From positions 576,001 to 640,000 of the forward strand of contig CAWGMQ010000005.1 in assembly GCA_963823665.1 (NCBI GenBank): DNA of 64,000 bases. Reading direction: 5' to 3'. Below, piece by piece: positions 22,297 through 35,100 of this stretch. The number at the start of each line of letters is the position of its first letter. Position 1 is the stretch's first letter. This DNA is from an uncultured Planctomycetota bacterium (lineage in GTDB: Bacteria; Planctomycetota; Planctomycetia; Isosphaerales; Isosphaeraceae). The notes below the pieces were generated by a model that made no database searches, was not told the origin of the DNA, and was given only the letters and a program-made list of their open reading frames with translations. The translations under genes and the position numbers were made by a program.

Positions 22297-22497
22297 CCTC
22301 CGGGGGTGATCTGGCCGCGGGTCGTGTTGATCATCGGACTCTGGTCGCTGGAAAACCTCCGCCAGCAGCAGGCGGTTTCACGGGCCTACTTCGACGCATT
22401 CTGGCTCTTCGCCGTGCTGGCCATCGCCCTGCTCACCCTCGTCCTCCTCATGAAGCCCTCCGCCGCCGAAAAAGGGGCCCAGACCTTGGCCGAGTAG
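22297..22497 (+). pseudogene. Third DHA2 MFS copy, C-terminal remnant with an internal deletion
   Basis: VIWPRVVLIIGL|WSLENLRQQQAVSRAYFDAFWLF...LMKPSAAEKG matches two segments of the other MFS copies that lie about 94 aa apart. Confidence 0.85.
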
Positions 22498-22613
22498 GAG
22501 CGTGAGTCAGGCAGAAGTTCCGACCCCCTGCGCGGGGGGACGCACTGAGGTTCTCGATGGCCGAGTCTCCGACCGTCAGGCTGCGGTTGGCTCCGTCCCT
22601 TACGCTCCCGGGG

Positions 22614-25600
22614 TCACACCAGCGACTTCTTCGTAAGCTTGGGCGGCGTTGCACTGTTCGCCAGGAAGTCGGGATCGCCGCTGTAGACAATCTTCAGCGT
22701 CTGGTTCAACACCGCGTTGGTCTTGATCGTGAGCGTGGCCGCGCCACCGCTCACGGCCGCTGTCCCCAGGGTCTCTAGCTGAGTCTTCTTCCCGTGCTTC
22801 TTGACTAGCTCAAACATCACGTGGCCACTCGGCACGCCTCTGCCCGGGGCCGCCGGCTCGATCTCCGCGCTCAGCTCGATCGCTTTGAGCGCCTTCTTTC
22901 CCTGGAGAACGGGGCTCGGAACCAGCACAATCGCGGTCGCTGCTTGGCGAACTGACTCAATGGTCGCGCGCGAGGACGCGCCCAGCAATCCGGCCACGCC
23001 GTTGTACGTCGCCGTGATCGCATGCGAACCCACGGCCAGGCTGGCGACGCTCATCGCCGCCTCTCCGGAACCGTTGATTGCGACCGTGGTCAGTGGACTG
23101 GCGCCGTCGAAAAACGTGACCGTACCGCGGGGCGCCCCGGCAGACGAGCTCAACGTCGCGACGAAGGTGATGGACTGGCCGTAGACGGCCGTGGTCGATG
23201 AAGACTCAAGCGCGATCGTGGTGGCGATCGGTGTGATCACGAAGGTCGTGGGCGGCGACTGGCTCGCCGCATAATCGGCGCTTCCGGGGAAGCTCGCCAC
23301 GACGGTATAAGTCCCGACGGCTGAAGGTGCCGCCGAGCCCAGTTCCGTTGCCGAATTGCCCGATCCGGCGTAATACGTCAAACTCGGCGTGACACCTTCC
23401 AGGCTCTGGGCCGCTGGACCATCGGCACCCGTCACCGTGGCCATTGCCGCGATCGGCGCGCCGGTGTAGCTCCCGCCCGGTGCGCTGACGGTCATTGTGG
23501 GCGTGGCCCGGGTGATGCTCTCGTAGCTGCCGGTGAAGTGGATCGCGTAGTTGCTGGCCGTGAGAGTCCCCAGGGTGATCGCATATGGTCCGCCGGATAC
23601 GGTTTCGCCGGCAGCCCGTGCGAGATGCCCAGTGAAGGCCGTCGTCGCGGTGTCGTCGATGGTCACCCCGTCCACCGTTCTGTCGACCAAACCCATGACG
23701 ATGTCCGTCAAGCTGGGATCGCCCGTGCCGTAGACCTTGATCTGGGGGTTGGCCGTAACCGTCAACGACGCCTGGGTGATCGTCAGCGTGCTGCTGGTGA
23801 AGCGCATCGTGTAGTTATTGTCGACGGTCAGCGTCCCGTGGGTGATCGCGAACTGGCCGGCTTGCTCGCCGGACATGGTGCCCGCCTGGGCGCGCGACAC
23901 GTTGCCGGTGAGGACGGACGCAGCCGTGTCGTCGATGCTCACGCCATCCACCGTTGTGTCGACCAAGCCGGTCACGGCGTCGGTCAGAGCAGGATCGTTG
24001 GTGCCGTAGACCTTGGTCTGGGGATTGGCCGCGACGGTCAAGGTTGCCGGGGTGATCATCAGCGTGCTGCCAGTGAAGCGCATCGTGTAACTACTGTCGG
24101 CAGTCAGCGTCCCCTGGCTGATCGCATATTGCCCCGTCTGCTCTCCGGCCAGCGTGCCCGCCTGGGCGCGACTCAGGCTGCCGGTCAGGACGGAGGCAAC
24201 GGTGTCGTCGATGGCGACGCCGTCCACCGTTGTATCGACCAAGCCGGTCACGCCGTCGGTCACGGTAGGATCGGCCGTGCCGTAAGCCTTGCTCACGGAA
24301 TTCGCCGTCACGGTCAAGGTCGCCGGGGTGATCATCAGAGTGCTGCCGGTGAACGCGATCGCGTAGTCGCCGTTCGCCGCCAGCGTCCCCTGGGTGATCG
24401 CATAGCCGCCGGCCTGCTCCCCGGCCAGCGTGCCCGCCTGCGCGCGAGTCAGGCTGCCGGCCAACAAGGAAGCGGCGGTGTCGTCAATGGGCACACCGTC
24501 CACCGTGGTATTGATCAAGCCGGTGACGCCGTCGGTCAAGGTAGGATCGTCGGTGCCATAAGCCTTGGTCTGCGGATTGGCCGTGACGGCGAGCACCGCC
24601 GGGGTGATCATCATCGTGCTGCCAGTGAAGGCCATCGCGTAGTCGCTGTTCGCCGACAGTGTCCCCTGGGTGATCGCATAGCCGCCGGTCTGCTCGCCGG
24701 CCAGCGTGCCCGCCTGCGCGCGCGTCAGGCTGCCGGTCAGGACGGATGCAGCGCTGTCGTCGATGGCCACGCCGTCCACCGTGGTATCGACCAGGCCGGT
24801 CACGCCGTCGGTCAAGGTAGGATCGGCCGTGCCGTAAGCCTTGGTCTGCGGATTGGCCGTCACGGTCAAGGTCGCCGGGGTGATCATCATCGTGCTGCCA
24901 GTGAAGGCGATCGCGTAGTCGCTATTCGCCAACAGTGTCCCCTGGGTGATCGCATAGGGGCCGGTCTGCTCCCCGGCCAGCGTGCCCGCCCCGGCGCGCG
25001 TCAGGCTGCCGGTCAGGGCGGAGGCTGCGCTGTCGTCGATGGTCACGCCGTCCACCGTGTTATTGACCAACCCGGTCACGCCGCAGGTCAACGTAGGATC
25101 ATCCATGCCGTAAGCCTTGATTTGCGGATCGGCCGTGACGGTCAACGTCGCCGGGGTGATCATCATCGTGCTGCCAGTGAAGGCGATCGCGTAGTCGCTG
25201 TTCGCCGACAGTGTCCCCTGGGTGATCGCATAGCCGCCGGCCTGCTCGCCAGCCGGCGTGCCCGCCTGGGCGCGCGTCACCCTGCCGGTCAGGACGGAAG
25301 CAGCAGTGTCGTCGATGGCCACGCCGTCCACCGTGGTATTGACCAAGCCGGTCACGCCGTCGGTCAAGGTTGGATCGGCCGTGCCGTAAACCTTGGTCTG
25401 TGGATTGACCGTGACGGCGAGCACCGCCGGGGTGATTGTCAGGATGTTCCCAGTGAAGATAATCGCGTAATTGCTGTCGGCGACCAGCGTCCCCTGGGTG
25501 ATCGCATAGCCGCCGGCCTGCTCGCCGGCCAGGATGCCCGCCTCGGCCCGGGCCAGCGCCCCGGAGAGAACCGTCGCGGCGTTGTCGGAGAACTCAAAGC

Positions 25601-28600
25601 CCGTGGCGGTGTACTGAAGCGCCGGGTCGGCGGTGGCGTAGAACTTCTGCTCAGCGTCGGCCCTGACAGCGAGCGTCGCAGGGGTGATCGTCACACTGCT
25701 CGATGTCGTGGCGGACGCGAAGATCCTGTCGCTCGTAAAGGAGTACGTGACCGTGTAAGGCGAATCAGACACGTTGGGCCCGGAACCGTCGAAGCTGAAC
25801 GTGGTGGAAAAGGTCCCCGACGAACCGATGACGGCCTGTCGAGTGACCCCGTCGAGAGTGACCGCGACGTCCTCTCCGTTCGGGGCTTGCGTGCCATCGG
25901 CCAGGGTTCCGGAGACGGTCGCACTCGAAGTACCGAAGCGAATACTCTGCGAGACGACTCCCGAGAACGCGAGCGAGATGAGGTTGTCCAGGCTGAAGCT
26001 GACCGGTGATCTCGCACCAGCACTGGACGCAGTCGCTGTGTAAGGGCCGGCGACGGTGTTGGCCGTGGCCGTCACCTGCGCGATCCCGCCGGACCCAATG
26101 ATTGCGGTTGCGGCGGAGAGGCTGGCCGATGCGCCGTTCTGGGCCGGATTCACGGTGAAGCTCACGATCCCGTCGGCCACGGGCTCGATGGGGTTGATCG
26201 CCGTGACGGTGACGGCCAGCGGATTGGCGAACGCGGTGTCGATGATCGTCGCCTGAGGCGTGCTGCCGGCGACAGCGGTGAGTATGAACCCTTGACTCTG
26301 GAAGGCGCCGATATCGACGCTCGCGGCCAGGGGCTCGCCGCGCTGGTCGGTCGCAAGCCCGGCGATCACAGTCCCCTTGCCCAGGGCGGCGCTGCCCGGG
26401 AGCAACGGCATGGTCGGAGTTGGGCCGCCATAGTTGCCCAGCGGGGCCAGGTCCAGGCTCGCGAGATCGGTCAGGATAATGTTACCCTCGCCGCCGGCAA
26501 GGCCGCCGCTGCCCCCAGTCCCAACGAGATCGTACGTGCCGGTCACACCGGAAGCATTGTCACCGCTGATGTCACTGGCAGAGCCGCCCGGTTCCAAGTT
26601 CGCGGCGATGATCGTGTCTTCGAGTGTGGCGCTGCCACCGGCCGCGTTATCGATTCCGCCGCCAACGGCCGCCGTGTTATTGGCGATCGTGCAGGCAGTC
26701 AGATAGGCGGTGGCGGCATTATAGACCCCACCGCCGGCGCTCGCGGTGTTTCCGCTGACGGTGCAGTTGGTGACTGTGGTCGTGGCGCGTTCGGTGATGC
26801 CCACCGCGCCCTCATCGGCCGCGGTGCTGGGACCTGCGGCGAGGAACAGGCCGCCGCCGATCGCTGCGGTGTTGCCGGTCACAGTCACGCCGCTGAGCGT
26901 GAGCGTGCCCCCATCGTCATAGAGCCCGCCGCCATTCCCGGTGGTCGATCCCCCGGTGATGGTCAGGCCGCTGAGGCTGGCCGTCACGCCGTTATCCACC
27001 TGGAAGACCCGCACGGCGTCGTCGCCGCTGATCGTCACGCCCGCCGCAGGGCCGGTGATCGACTCCGCCGCGGCCCTGCCAGCCAGTTCCAGCGTGCCCA
27101 GGCTCGGGGAGAGCATGATGGTCTGCGCCGTCGCGAACGCACCTGCGGTATCGAAAACCACCGTGTTGGCCGCGGGATTGGCGAGACTGGCCGGGTTCGC
27201 GTTGGTGCTGATATTGGCCCAGGAGAGCCCTGCGCGGAGCGAGCCTGTGTCGTGGTTGTCGACGATGCTAGTGACCAGATACGACGAGCTGGCCTCGTAG
27301 GCCCCGATATCGGCGGTGGCGCCGGAGTCAAGCCCCGCCAAGCCGCGCAGCGCCCCGCGCTGGTCGATCTCGGGAATCAGCAGACCGGGGATGGAATTTG
27401 ACCCGGCGTCGATGGCCGGGCTGCCAGCCAGCAGGGCCATGGTCTGGGTCGGCCCGCCGTCATTGGCCAAGGGTGCCAGCCGAGCGCTCGAACGGCGCGG
27501 CAACGGTTCCGGTCAGGTCGAGGCCGACCCATCCCGTGCTGCCGTCGGTCTCGCCAACCAGGTTATAACCCTGGGAGCCGAAGGTTCCGAACGCATCGGG
27601 TCCGGCCATGGTGGCCGAGTTGCCGGCTACGATCGTGTTGCCGAGGGTCGGCGCCCCGGCCGGGTCGTACAGCCCACCCCCCTTCGCAGCCGTGTTGCCG
27701 CTGACGGTGCAGTTGGTGATCGTCGTCGTGCCGCGCTCCTCGATGATTTCATTGCCGGAGGTCGCCTCGGGCTGCGCGATTGCGAGGCCCCCGCCACTCG
27801 CCGCGGTGTTCCCGCTTACGGTCACATTGGTGAGCGTGAGCGTGCCGCCGTCGTTGTAGATGCCGCCGCCGGAGGCGGTCGCGGAGTCGCCGTCGAGCGT
27901 ACAGTCGACGAGGATGGCCGTGCTCGTCGTACCCAGGTACAGGCCGCCGCCGCCCCGGCTGACGTTGCCGCTGATGGTGCAGTCGGTGAGCGAAATGATG
28001 CCCCCCGCCGCGATCGACACGCCGCCGCCGAGCCCGGCGGAGTTACCGCTCAAGGTACAGTCAGTGAGCGTGACCGTGCCTGCGCCCAAGAGACCGCCGC
28101 CATTCCCGGTGGTCGAGCCGCCTGAGATCGTGAGTCCGCTGAGGGAGGCCGTCACGCCGCTCTCAACCTGGAAGACGCCGACGGTCCCGTCGCCGTTGAT
28201 CGTTACGCCGACCGCCGGGCCCTGGATCGCGATCGCCGTCGCCGTACCGGACAGCTCGAGCGTGCCGAGGGCTCCCGAGAGAGTGATTGTCTGTGGCGTG
28301 GCGAAGGCACCCGACGTGTCGAAGACAATGGTATTGGGTGCGGGGTCCGCGATGTTGGCCGGGTTCGAGTTGGTGCTGATATTGGCCCAGCCAATCGCGG
28401 CGCGGAGGGTGCCGGCATCGGGCGAGTCCGCTAGACTGGTGACCAGGTACGATGAGCTGGCCTCGTAGGCGCCGATGTCGGGGGCGGGCCCGGCGTTGAG
28501 CCCGGCCGGCCCGCGCAGCGCCCCGCGCTGGTCGGTCGCGGGGATGGTGATGCCCGCGATGGAATCACTCCCCGCATCGATGGCGGGGCTGCCGGGCAAG

Positions 28601-31221
28601 AGGGCCCTGGTCTGGGTCGGGCCGCCGTTGTTGCCCAGCGGGGCCAGGCCCAGGCCGGTGAGGCTGGTCAGGACGATGTTGCCGTCCACGCCGTTGGTCA
28701 GCCCGCCCGAGCCGCCGGGGCCGACCAAGTTATTGTTGCCCGAGACGGTGGTGCTACCGCCCACGTCGCTGGCGCCCAAGGGATTCGTGTTGCCGGCGAC
28801 GATGGTATCTGTCAGGTTGACCGTGCCAAACCCGTTGTACACGCCGGCGTTCCAGGCATAGATAGCGGGGTATCTACCGGGGTAGCCCCCGCCGTAGATG
28901 CCGTAGGTGGTCTGAAAGCTGAGCGAGGTGTTGCCGCTGACGGTGCAGGCGACGAGGGTGCTTGTGCCGCCGTAGTTGGCCACACCGCCGCCGTTGTAAC
29001 CGCTGGAGTTGCCGGTGACGGTGCAGTCCGTCAGCGTCAAGTCGCCCGAGCCGGAATTGTACACGCCGCCGCCTTCGTCTGCGTCGTTGTCGCTGAGCGT
29101 ACAGCCGGTGAGGCTGGCCGTCCCGGTGTTGCATACGGCGCCGCCTTTGAGGTCGGCGGCGCCGGAGTTGCCGCTCAAGGTGCAGTCGGTCAGGGTCAGG
29201 TCGGCCGCGCTGGAATTGAACACGGCGCCGCCCGAGGCGTTGAGGCCGTAGGGGTAAGTGCCTGCGTTGGGGGTGGTGTTGCCGCTCAAGGTACACGCGG
29301 TGAGCGTCGCCGTCCCGTAGTTCACGAGACCGGCGCCCGCGCCGGGGACAGAGCCGTCGGAGATGGTCACGCCGAAAATCGAGGCGGTCACACCAGAATC
29401 GACCTGAAAGACGCGGCTGGTCCCGCCGCCGCTGATCGTCAACCCCGCGGCCGGCCCAGTGATCGTCTCCGTCCCTCCGGTGAATTCCAGCTCGAGCTGA
29501 CTACCGGAGAGCGTGATCGTCTGGGGCGTGCTGAACAGTGTGGGGTCGAAGCTGATGTTTGCGTTTCCCAGATCGACGTTGGCGAATTGCACGGCCTCAG
29601 GCAGGCTCAAGAGACCAGCTCCCGGGAGGAGAGAACCGCTGGTCGTATTCACGATCAGTTGATCGAAGGCCGGGCCGATGTTCGTAAGATCGAAGGTGGC
29701 TGGTGATGCGCCCGAGGTCGCCGCTGTGACTGTGTACGATCCATCCATGTTGTTGGGAATAGCGCTGACGCTCACCTGGCCGCCGGCTATGACGACCGAG
29801 CTAGCGGATAACAGCGCCGATGCACCACTGGTCTCTGGAGGGGCGGCGAAGGTGACGACGACGCCGTCCACCGGCTCGACCGGGTTGTTCGCCGTGATGG
29901 AGAGGGCAAGCGGATTGGAGAAAGCGGTGCTGATGGCCGCCGTCTGCGGGGTGCTGCCGGCAGCCACAGAGAGCGTGAACCCCTGGCTCTGGAAGGCGCC
30001 GATATCAGGGTTGGGTGTGTCCAAGGGCTCGCCACGCTGATCGGTGGTGACGCCGGCGACTGCGTTTCCCGCGCCCAAGGCGGGGCTCCCGGGGAGGAGG
30101 GGAATCGTTTCGGTCGGCCCCCCATAGTTGCCCAGGGACCCCATCCCCGGGTTGGACACGCCGACAAGATTGCCGTTTCCCCCATTCAACAGCCCGACCG
30201 CGCCGGTTCCGATCAGATTATTGCTGCCCGAGACGTCGCTGGTACCGCTCAAGTCACTGTTGCCATTGCCGGCAACGATCGTGCCGGTCAGGTTGGCCGT
30301 GCCGTAGGTGGCCATACCGGCGCCGACGCCGTCGATATAGCCATTCACGTAGTTCCCGCTCAAGGTGCAGTCGTTCAGGGTCAACTTGGCCGTGCCGGAA
30401 TTGTAAAGGCCGCCGCCGCTGCTGCCATAGGCGTAGTTGCCGCTCAAGGTGCAGTCGGTCATGGTCAGATTGGCACCGCCGGAATTGAACACGCCGCCGC
30501 CGTGCTTGCCGGTGTTGCCGCTGACAGTGCAGTCAGTGAGCGTCGCCGTGCCGTAGTTCGCCATACCGCCGCCATTGCCGGAGAAGGTCAAGCCGTCCGA
30601 GATGGTCAGGCCAGAGATCGAGGCGGTCACACCAGGGTCGACCTGAAAGACGCGAATTTGCCGGAGGATGTTCCCGCCGCCGCTGACGGTCAGGCCCGCG
30701 GCCGGCCCGGCGATCGAGATGGTGCCCGTCGTCCCGCTCAACTCGAGCATGCCGGCCGTCAACGTGATCGTCTGCGGCGAGGAGAAGACCGTGGGGTCGA
30801 ACACGATCTCGCTTCCGGCCGTGTTCGAATTGGCGTTCGCCAGGGAGATGACGTAAGGCAGCGTGCCCGACGTGCCCGAACCCGAGGTGCCACTCCCGGT
30901 GGAATTGACCGTGAATATCGTCGGCGAGAGCACCACGCGCCGCTCGAGCAACTCAAGCCGGGGCTGAAGACTCGTCGGCCCGGCCTTGCGCCTCGGATGA
31001 CATCGGGTCCATCGAGGAAGGTCCCAGAGACGATAGCCGTGCGGCCGAAGAGCCTGATGGTGGACGCCCATGGGAACGATCCTCCGGCGCCAGGAAGCGA
31101 GCCAGTCGCCCTCCATCTGGACGGGCGTCGAGCCGACGTCGGCGAGGAGTCCAGGTTCACGACCGCGGCGACGACCCCACCCCAGGATTCGACTCGCACG
31201 TGACTGCTGTTCCCTCACCAT
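22614..31221 (-). CDS. Giant secreted/surface protein (~2,870 aa): LEPR-XLL motif, right-handed beta-helix and choice-of-anchor-Q-like modules, MBG repeats, Ig-like domains; frameshift near 27490
   Basis: PRLELLERRVVLS; repeated CTLSGN/GGG motifs; GGPTxTxALLPGSPA..DQRG..DIGA; ITPATLTVTA..KxYG..DP repeats; AGAAGGAG RBS before ATG 31221. Confidence 0.88.
23769..25690 (-). repeat. Intragenic tandem repeat, 276-bp (92-aa) MBG-like units
   Basis: A CGCCGGGGTGATC-like anchor recurs at 23769, 24045, 24321, 24597, 24873, 25149 and 25425, then at 25677. Confidence 0.92.
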
Positions 31222-31332
31222 CTCCTTCTACGTGGATTTCGCGGAAACCTGTCATCGGTTTCTCGTTCTCTGTAGACTATCATGCTAAGGCCGTAGCGCA
31301 TTGATCCGCAAGAGCAAGCAGGGAGCGTCCTT

Positions 31333-32079
31333 ATGGGCCCCGATCACAAGCCGGGCCGGACGGCGACTTCGATATTCCCGATGACTCATTGGAGTCTCGT
31401 CGTCCGGGCCGGTGCGCCGGGATCGCCCCAGTGTCGCGCTGCCCTGGAGGAACTCTGCTCGGTGTACTGGTATCCCCTTTACGCCTTCATTCGCCGCAAG
31501 GGGAACCCGCCGGATCGAGCACTCGATCTGACGCAGGATTTCTTCGCGCGACTGCTTGAAGAAGAACTGCTCCTCACCGTCGATCGGCGCAGGGGCCACT
31601 TTCGCGGGTTCCTCCAGGTCGCCTGCAAGAACTTCCTGATTGATGCGTGGAGGCAGGATCGCGAAGTCTCGACCAACGCGATCCCGATCGATGGGATAGC
31701 GGCCGAGGGCCGCTACGTGATCGAGCCGGCTGACAACATGACCCCGGAGCGCCTGTTCGATCGCGCCTGGGCCTTGACCCTGCTCGACCGTGTGCTGAGC
31801 CTCCTGGGCGCCGAGTACACCGCGTCCGGTCGAGCCGAGCTCTTCGACCAGTTGAACGTTGTCCTGATCGAAGGTAAGGGGGCGGTGAGGGCGGCGGAGC
31901 TGGCGGCGCGGCTCGGGATGTCCGTGGATGCGGTCCACAGCGCGAGCCACCGGCTGCGCAAACGCTACCGCGAGATCCTCCAGGAACAGATCGCCGCCAC
32001 GCTCGAGGATCCGTCGGAGCTCGGTGACGAGATTCGATCCCTGTTCGCTGCGCTTGGGAAGGAACCAGCCGGCCGCTGA
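31333..32079 (+). CDS. ECF sigma-70 factor (FPxTHWSLV / YWYPLYAF type)
   Basis: Region 2 DLTQDFFARLL...FRGFL; region 4 LAARLGMSVDAVHSASHRLRKRY; directly upstream of an STK. Confidence 0.9.
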   Translation: MGPDHKPGRTATSIFPMTHWSLVVRAGAPGSPQCRAALEELCSVYWYPLYAFIRRKGNPPDRALDLTQDFFARLLEEELLLTVDRRRGHFRGFLQVACKNFLIDAWRQDREVSTNAIPIDGIAAEGRYVIEPADNMTPERLFDRAWALTLLDRVLSLLGAEYTASGRAELFDQLNVVLIEGKGAVRAAELAARLGMSVDAVHSASHRLRKRYREILQEQIAATLEDPSELGDEIRSLFAALGKEPAGR

Positions 32080-32147
32080 TCGGCTGACTGGGGTTATTTC
32101 GTGAGGTTACAGGAACGCGGACGGACAGCCCTTTGGAGACCTGTTCC

Positions 32148-35100
32148 ATGCCAGAACCCGCGCGCTGCCCGACCTGCGACGGCGAGTTGCCGACCGACGC
32201 ACCCCTGGGCCTCTGCCCGATCTGCTTACTCACGCACGCAATCGATGACGAGGCGCCTGATTTTTTGCATGACGGCGAGTCCGGCGCGACGGCTCGCTGG
32301 AACGACGACGGTCCCCACGATGCCGGCACGGGAACTCTGCCGGACGACGACGACGAGATCGGAACGCAGCTCGAATCCCCGGTGGCCCGGCCGGCGGAAT
32401 CCGAGAGGCTGACGGCCAGGGGCCACTATCAACTCATGGGCGAGATCGGCCAAGGGGGCATGGGGACGGTTTTCAAGGCCCGTGACCCAGAGCTGGGGCG
32501 CGATCTCGCCGTCAAGGTCCTCCACGAACGGCACCGGGCGACGGGCGACTTGATCCGCCGCTTCATCGAGGAGGCCCAGATCGGTGGCCAGCTCCAGCAT
32601 CCGGGGATCGTGCCGGTGTATGAGCTGGGTGCCTTCAGCGACGGCCGGCCTTATTTCACCATGAAGCTGATCAAGGGGCGTACCCTGGCAACGCTCTTGA
32701 AAGAACGTGTTGACGTGGCAGACGACTTGCCGCGTCTCCTGGGAATCTTCGAGCAGGTCGCACAGACGATGGCTTATGCGCACTCCCGCGGCGTGATCCA
32801 CCGGGACCTGAAGCCTTCGAACATCATGGTCGGGTCGTTCGGCGAGGTCCAGGTGATGGACTGGGGTCTGGCCAAGATCCTGCCAAGCGGTGAGGCCCAC
32901 ACGGCTGCTCTTGAGCGTCCGGCCAACGAGACGGTCGTCGCCACCGTGCGATCGAAGGGCGACAGCGATCACACGGAGTTCGGCTCGGCCATGGGCACCC
33001 CCGCCTACATGGCTCCGGAGCAGGCGTGCGGCGAGACCGAATCGATTGACCGCCGGGCCGATGTCTTCGCCCTGGGCTCGATCCTCTGCGAAATCTTGAC
33101 CGACTGGCCGGCGTTTGCCGGGGGGAGTGCCCAGGAAGTCCTTCGCTCGTCGCGCCGGGGAAACACCGCGGCGGCGCTCGCGCGCCTGGAGACGTGCGGT
33201 GCAGACGAAGAGCTGCTTGGCCTCGCACGCGACTGCCTCGCCGTCGAAGCTCGAGATCGACCTGCCGACGCGGGAGCCGTCGCCGGGCGCATGACCGCCT
33301 ATCTGGCCGGTGTCCAGGTGCGGCTGCGCACGGCCGAGCTGTCGCGTGTCGAGGCCCAGGCCCGGGTCGAGGAAGAGGCAAAGCGACGCGTGCTGGCTGA
33401 GCAGCTCGCCGAGGAGGCACGTGGACGGGCCGAGGAAGCCATTCGAAGGGCAGCCCTGGAACGGCAGCGGCGGAGGCTGCAGCTTGGCCTCGCGGCATCG
33501 CTGCTGGCCTTGATGACTGCTGCAGGGCTCGGCACAACTTACTATCTCGAGCAGCGTCAGGCCCGAGCCGGGGCGGTACAGCAAGTCCTCGGCCGCGCAT
33601 CCACGCTGCTTGACGAGGCCCGCAAGCACGCCGGCGATCCGGCGCGGTGGCAAGTCGCCCTGGCTGCCATCGACCAGGCCGACAGGGCCTTGAGCGCCGA
33701 CGCCGTCGCTCAGGAACGCGTCGCGGCCCTTCGCGCAGAGGTCCTCCAGGGTGCTGCGGCGGCCGAGCGCGATCGACGGCTGCTTGACCGGCTGGTCGAT
33801 ATCCGCAGCGCCGAGGCCGACGACCCGGGCGGCTTGAGTACCGAGAAGGACTACGCTCGGGCATTCGGCACGGCGGGGTTGGAAATGGCCACACTGACCA
33901 CGGAAGAGGCGGCCCGCCAGATTCGTGCACGGCCGCTGGAGGTAGCGACGGCCCTGGCAATCGCTATAGACGACTGGGCCGCCATCCGTCGCGATCGACG
34001 AAAAGACGCCGCCGGCGCGGCGGCGCTCTCGGCCCTGGCCAGCGCCGTCGATTCGGATACCTGGCGCGCCCGGTTGCGCCGTGCCCTTGACCTCCCTAAA
34101 GAGGGCTCTCGCCTGGAGGCACTACGGCGAATGGCCAAGGATGCGCCGCTCGAGACGCTCGGTCCCGTCAGCCTTGACCTGCTCGGCCGCGCACTCAAGG
34201 ATGCGGGGGATCCAGCCGGCGCCGAGTTGGTGCTGCGGCGGGCCGAGCGGCTTCACCCCGACGACGTCTGGCTCAATTATGACCTGGCCCGGGCGCTGGA
34301 AATGCTGGCACGGCGGGATGAGGCGATCCGATACGACATGGCGGCCCGGTCGCTCAGGCGCGAGACGGCTCACGAGCTGGCCCATTTGCTCGGAGCCAGG
34401 GGCGAACGGGATGAGGAAATCGCAATCCTCGAAGATCTCAAGCGGGCAAGACCCGACAGCGGTCGACACCTCGGCTGCCTGGGGAGAGCGCTCAAGAGCC
34501 AGGGGCGATTGAAAGAGGCTGCCGCGATTCTGGCGGAGGCCGAGGCGGCTAATCGCGAGGCCGTCCGTCTCAGGCCCGACGACGCCCAGGCGCACTTCAG
34601 CCTCGGCTTCGCCCTGTACATGCAGGGTAAGCTCGATCAAGCGATCGAGGAATACCGCGCCGCCATTCACATCCAGCCCGAGACCCCCGAATTCCACGAC
34701 AGCTTGTGCGAAGCCTTCGGCAAGCAGGGAAAGCTCGCTCTGGCGATCGAAGAGTATCGCGAAGCCATCCGCATTCAGCCGGGGTTCGCGAATGCCTACA
34801 ACACCGTCGGCGACATCCAGTTCTCCCTGCGGCGGGATTTCCGGGCAGCCGAAACCGAGTTCCGCAAGGCCACTCAACTCCGGCCGGACAACGCCGTTTA
34901 TCACAACAATCTTGGCTTGGCTCTCCAGAAGCTGGGCAAACCGGATGCGGCGATCGTCGAATACCGCCTCGCCTCCGACCTCAATCCCAGCTTCGCCGAT
35001 GCCCATCTCGGCGTCGGCGAGATTCTGGAATCGCGGGGGAAGCTCGACGAGGCCATCGTTGAGTATCGATCTGCCAGCCGAATCGATCCCAACGAAGACG

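Noticed and set aside
22524..22538. CCCCC-TGCGC-GGGGG hairpin between convergent genes as a terminator
   Set aside because: Short stem and no U-tract on either strand.
23769..25690. Possible CRISPR array or diversity-generating repeat
   Set aside because: The units are in-frame 276-bp coding repeats with no unique spacers, and no cas or reverse transcriptase gene is present.
23538..26009. 823-aa ORF on the + strand
   Set aside because: Antisense shadow of the repetitive, GC-biased MBG region; no independent protein features.
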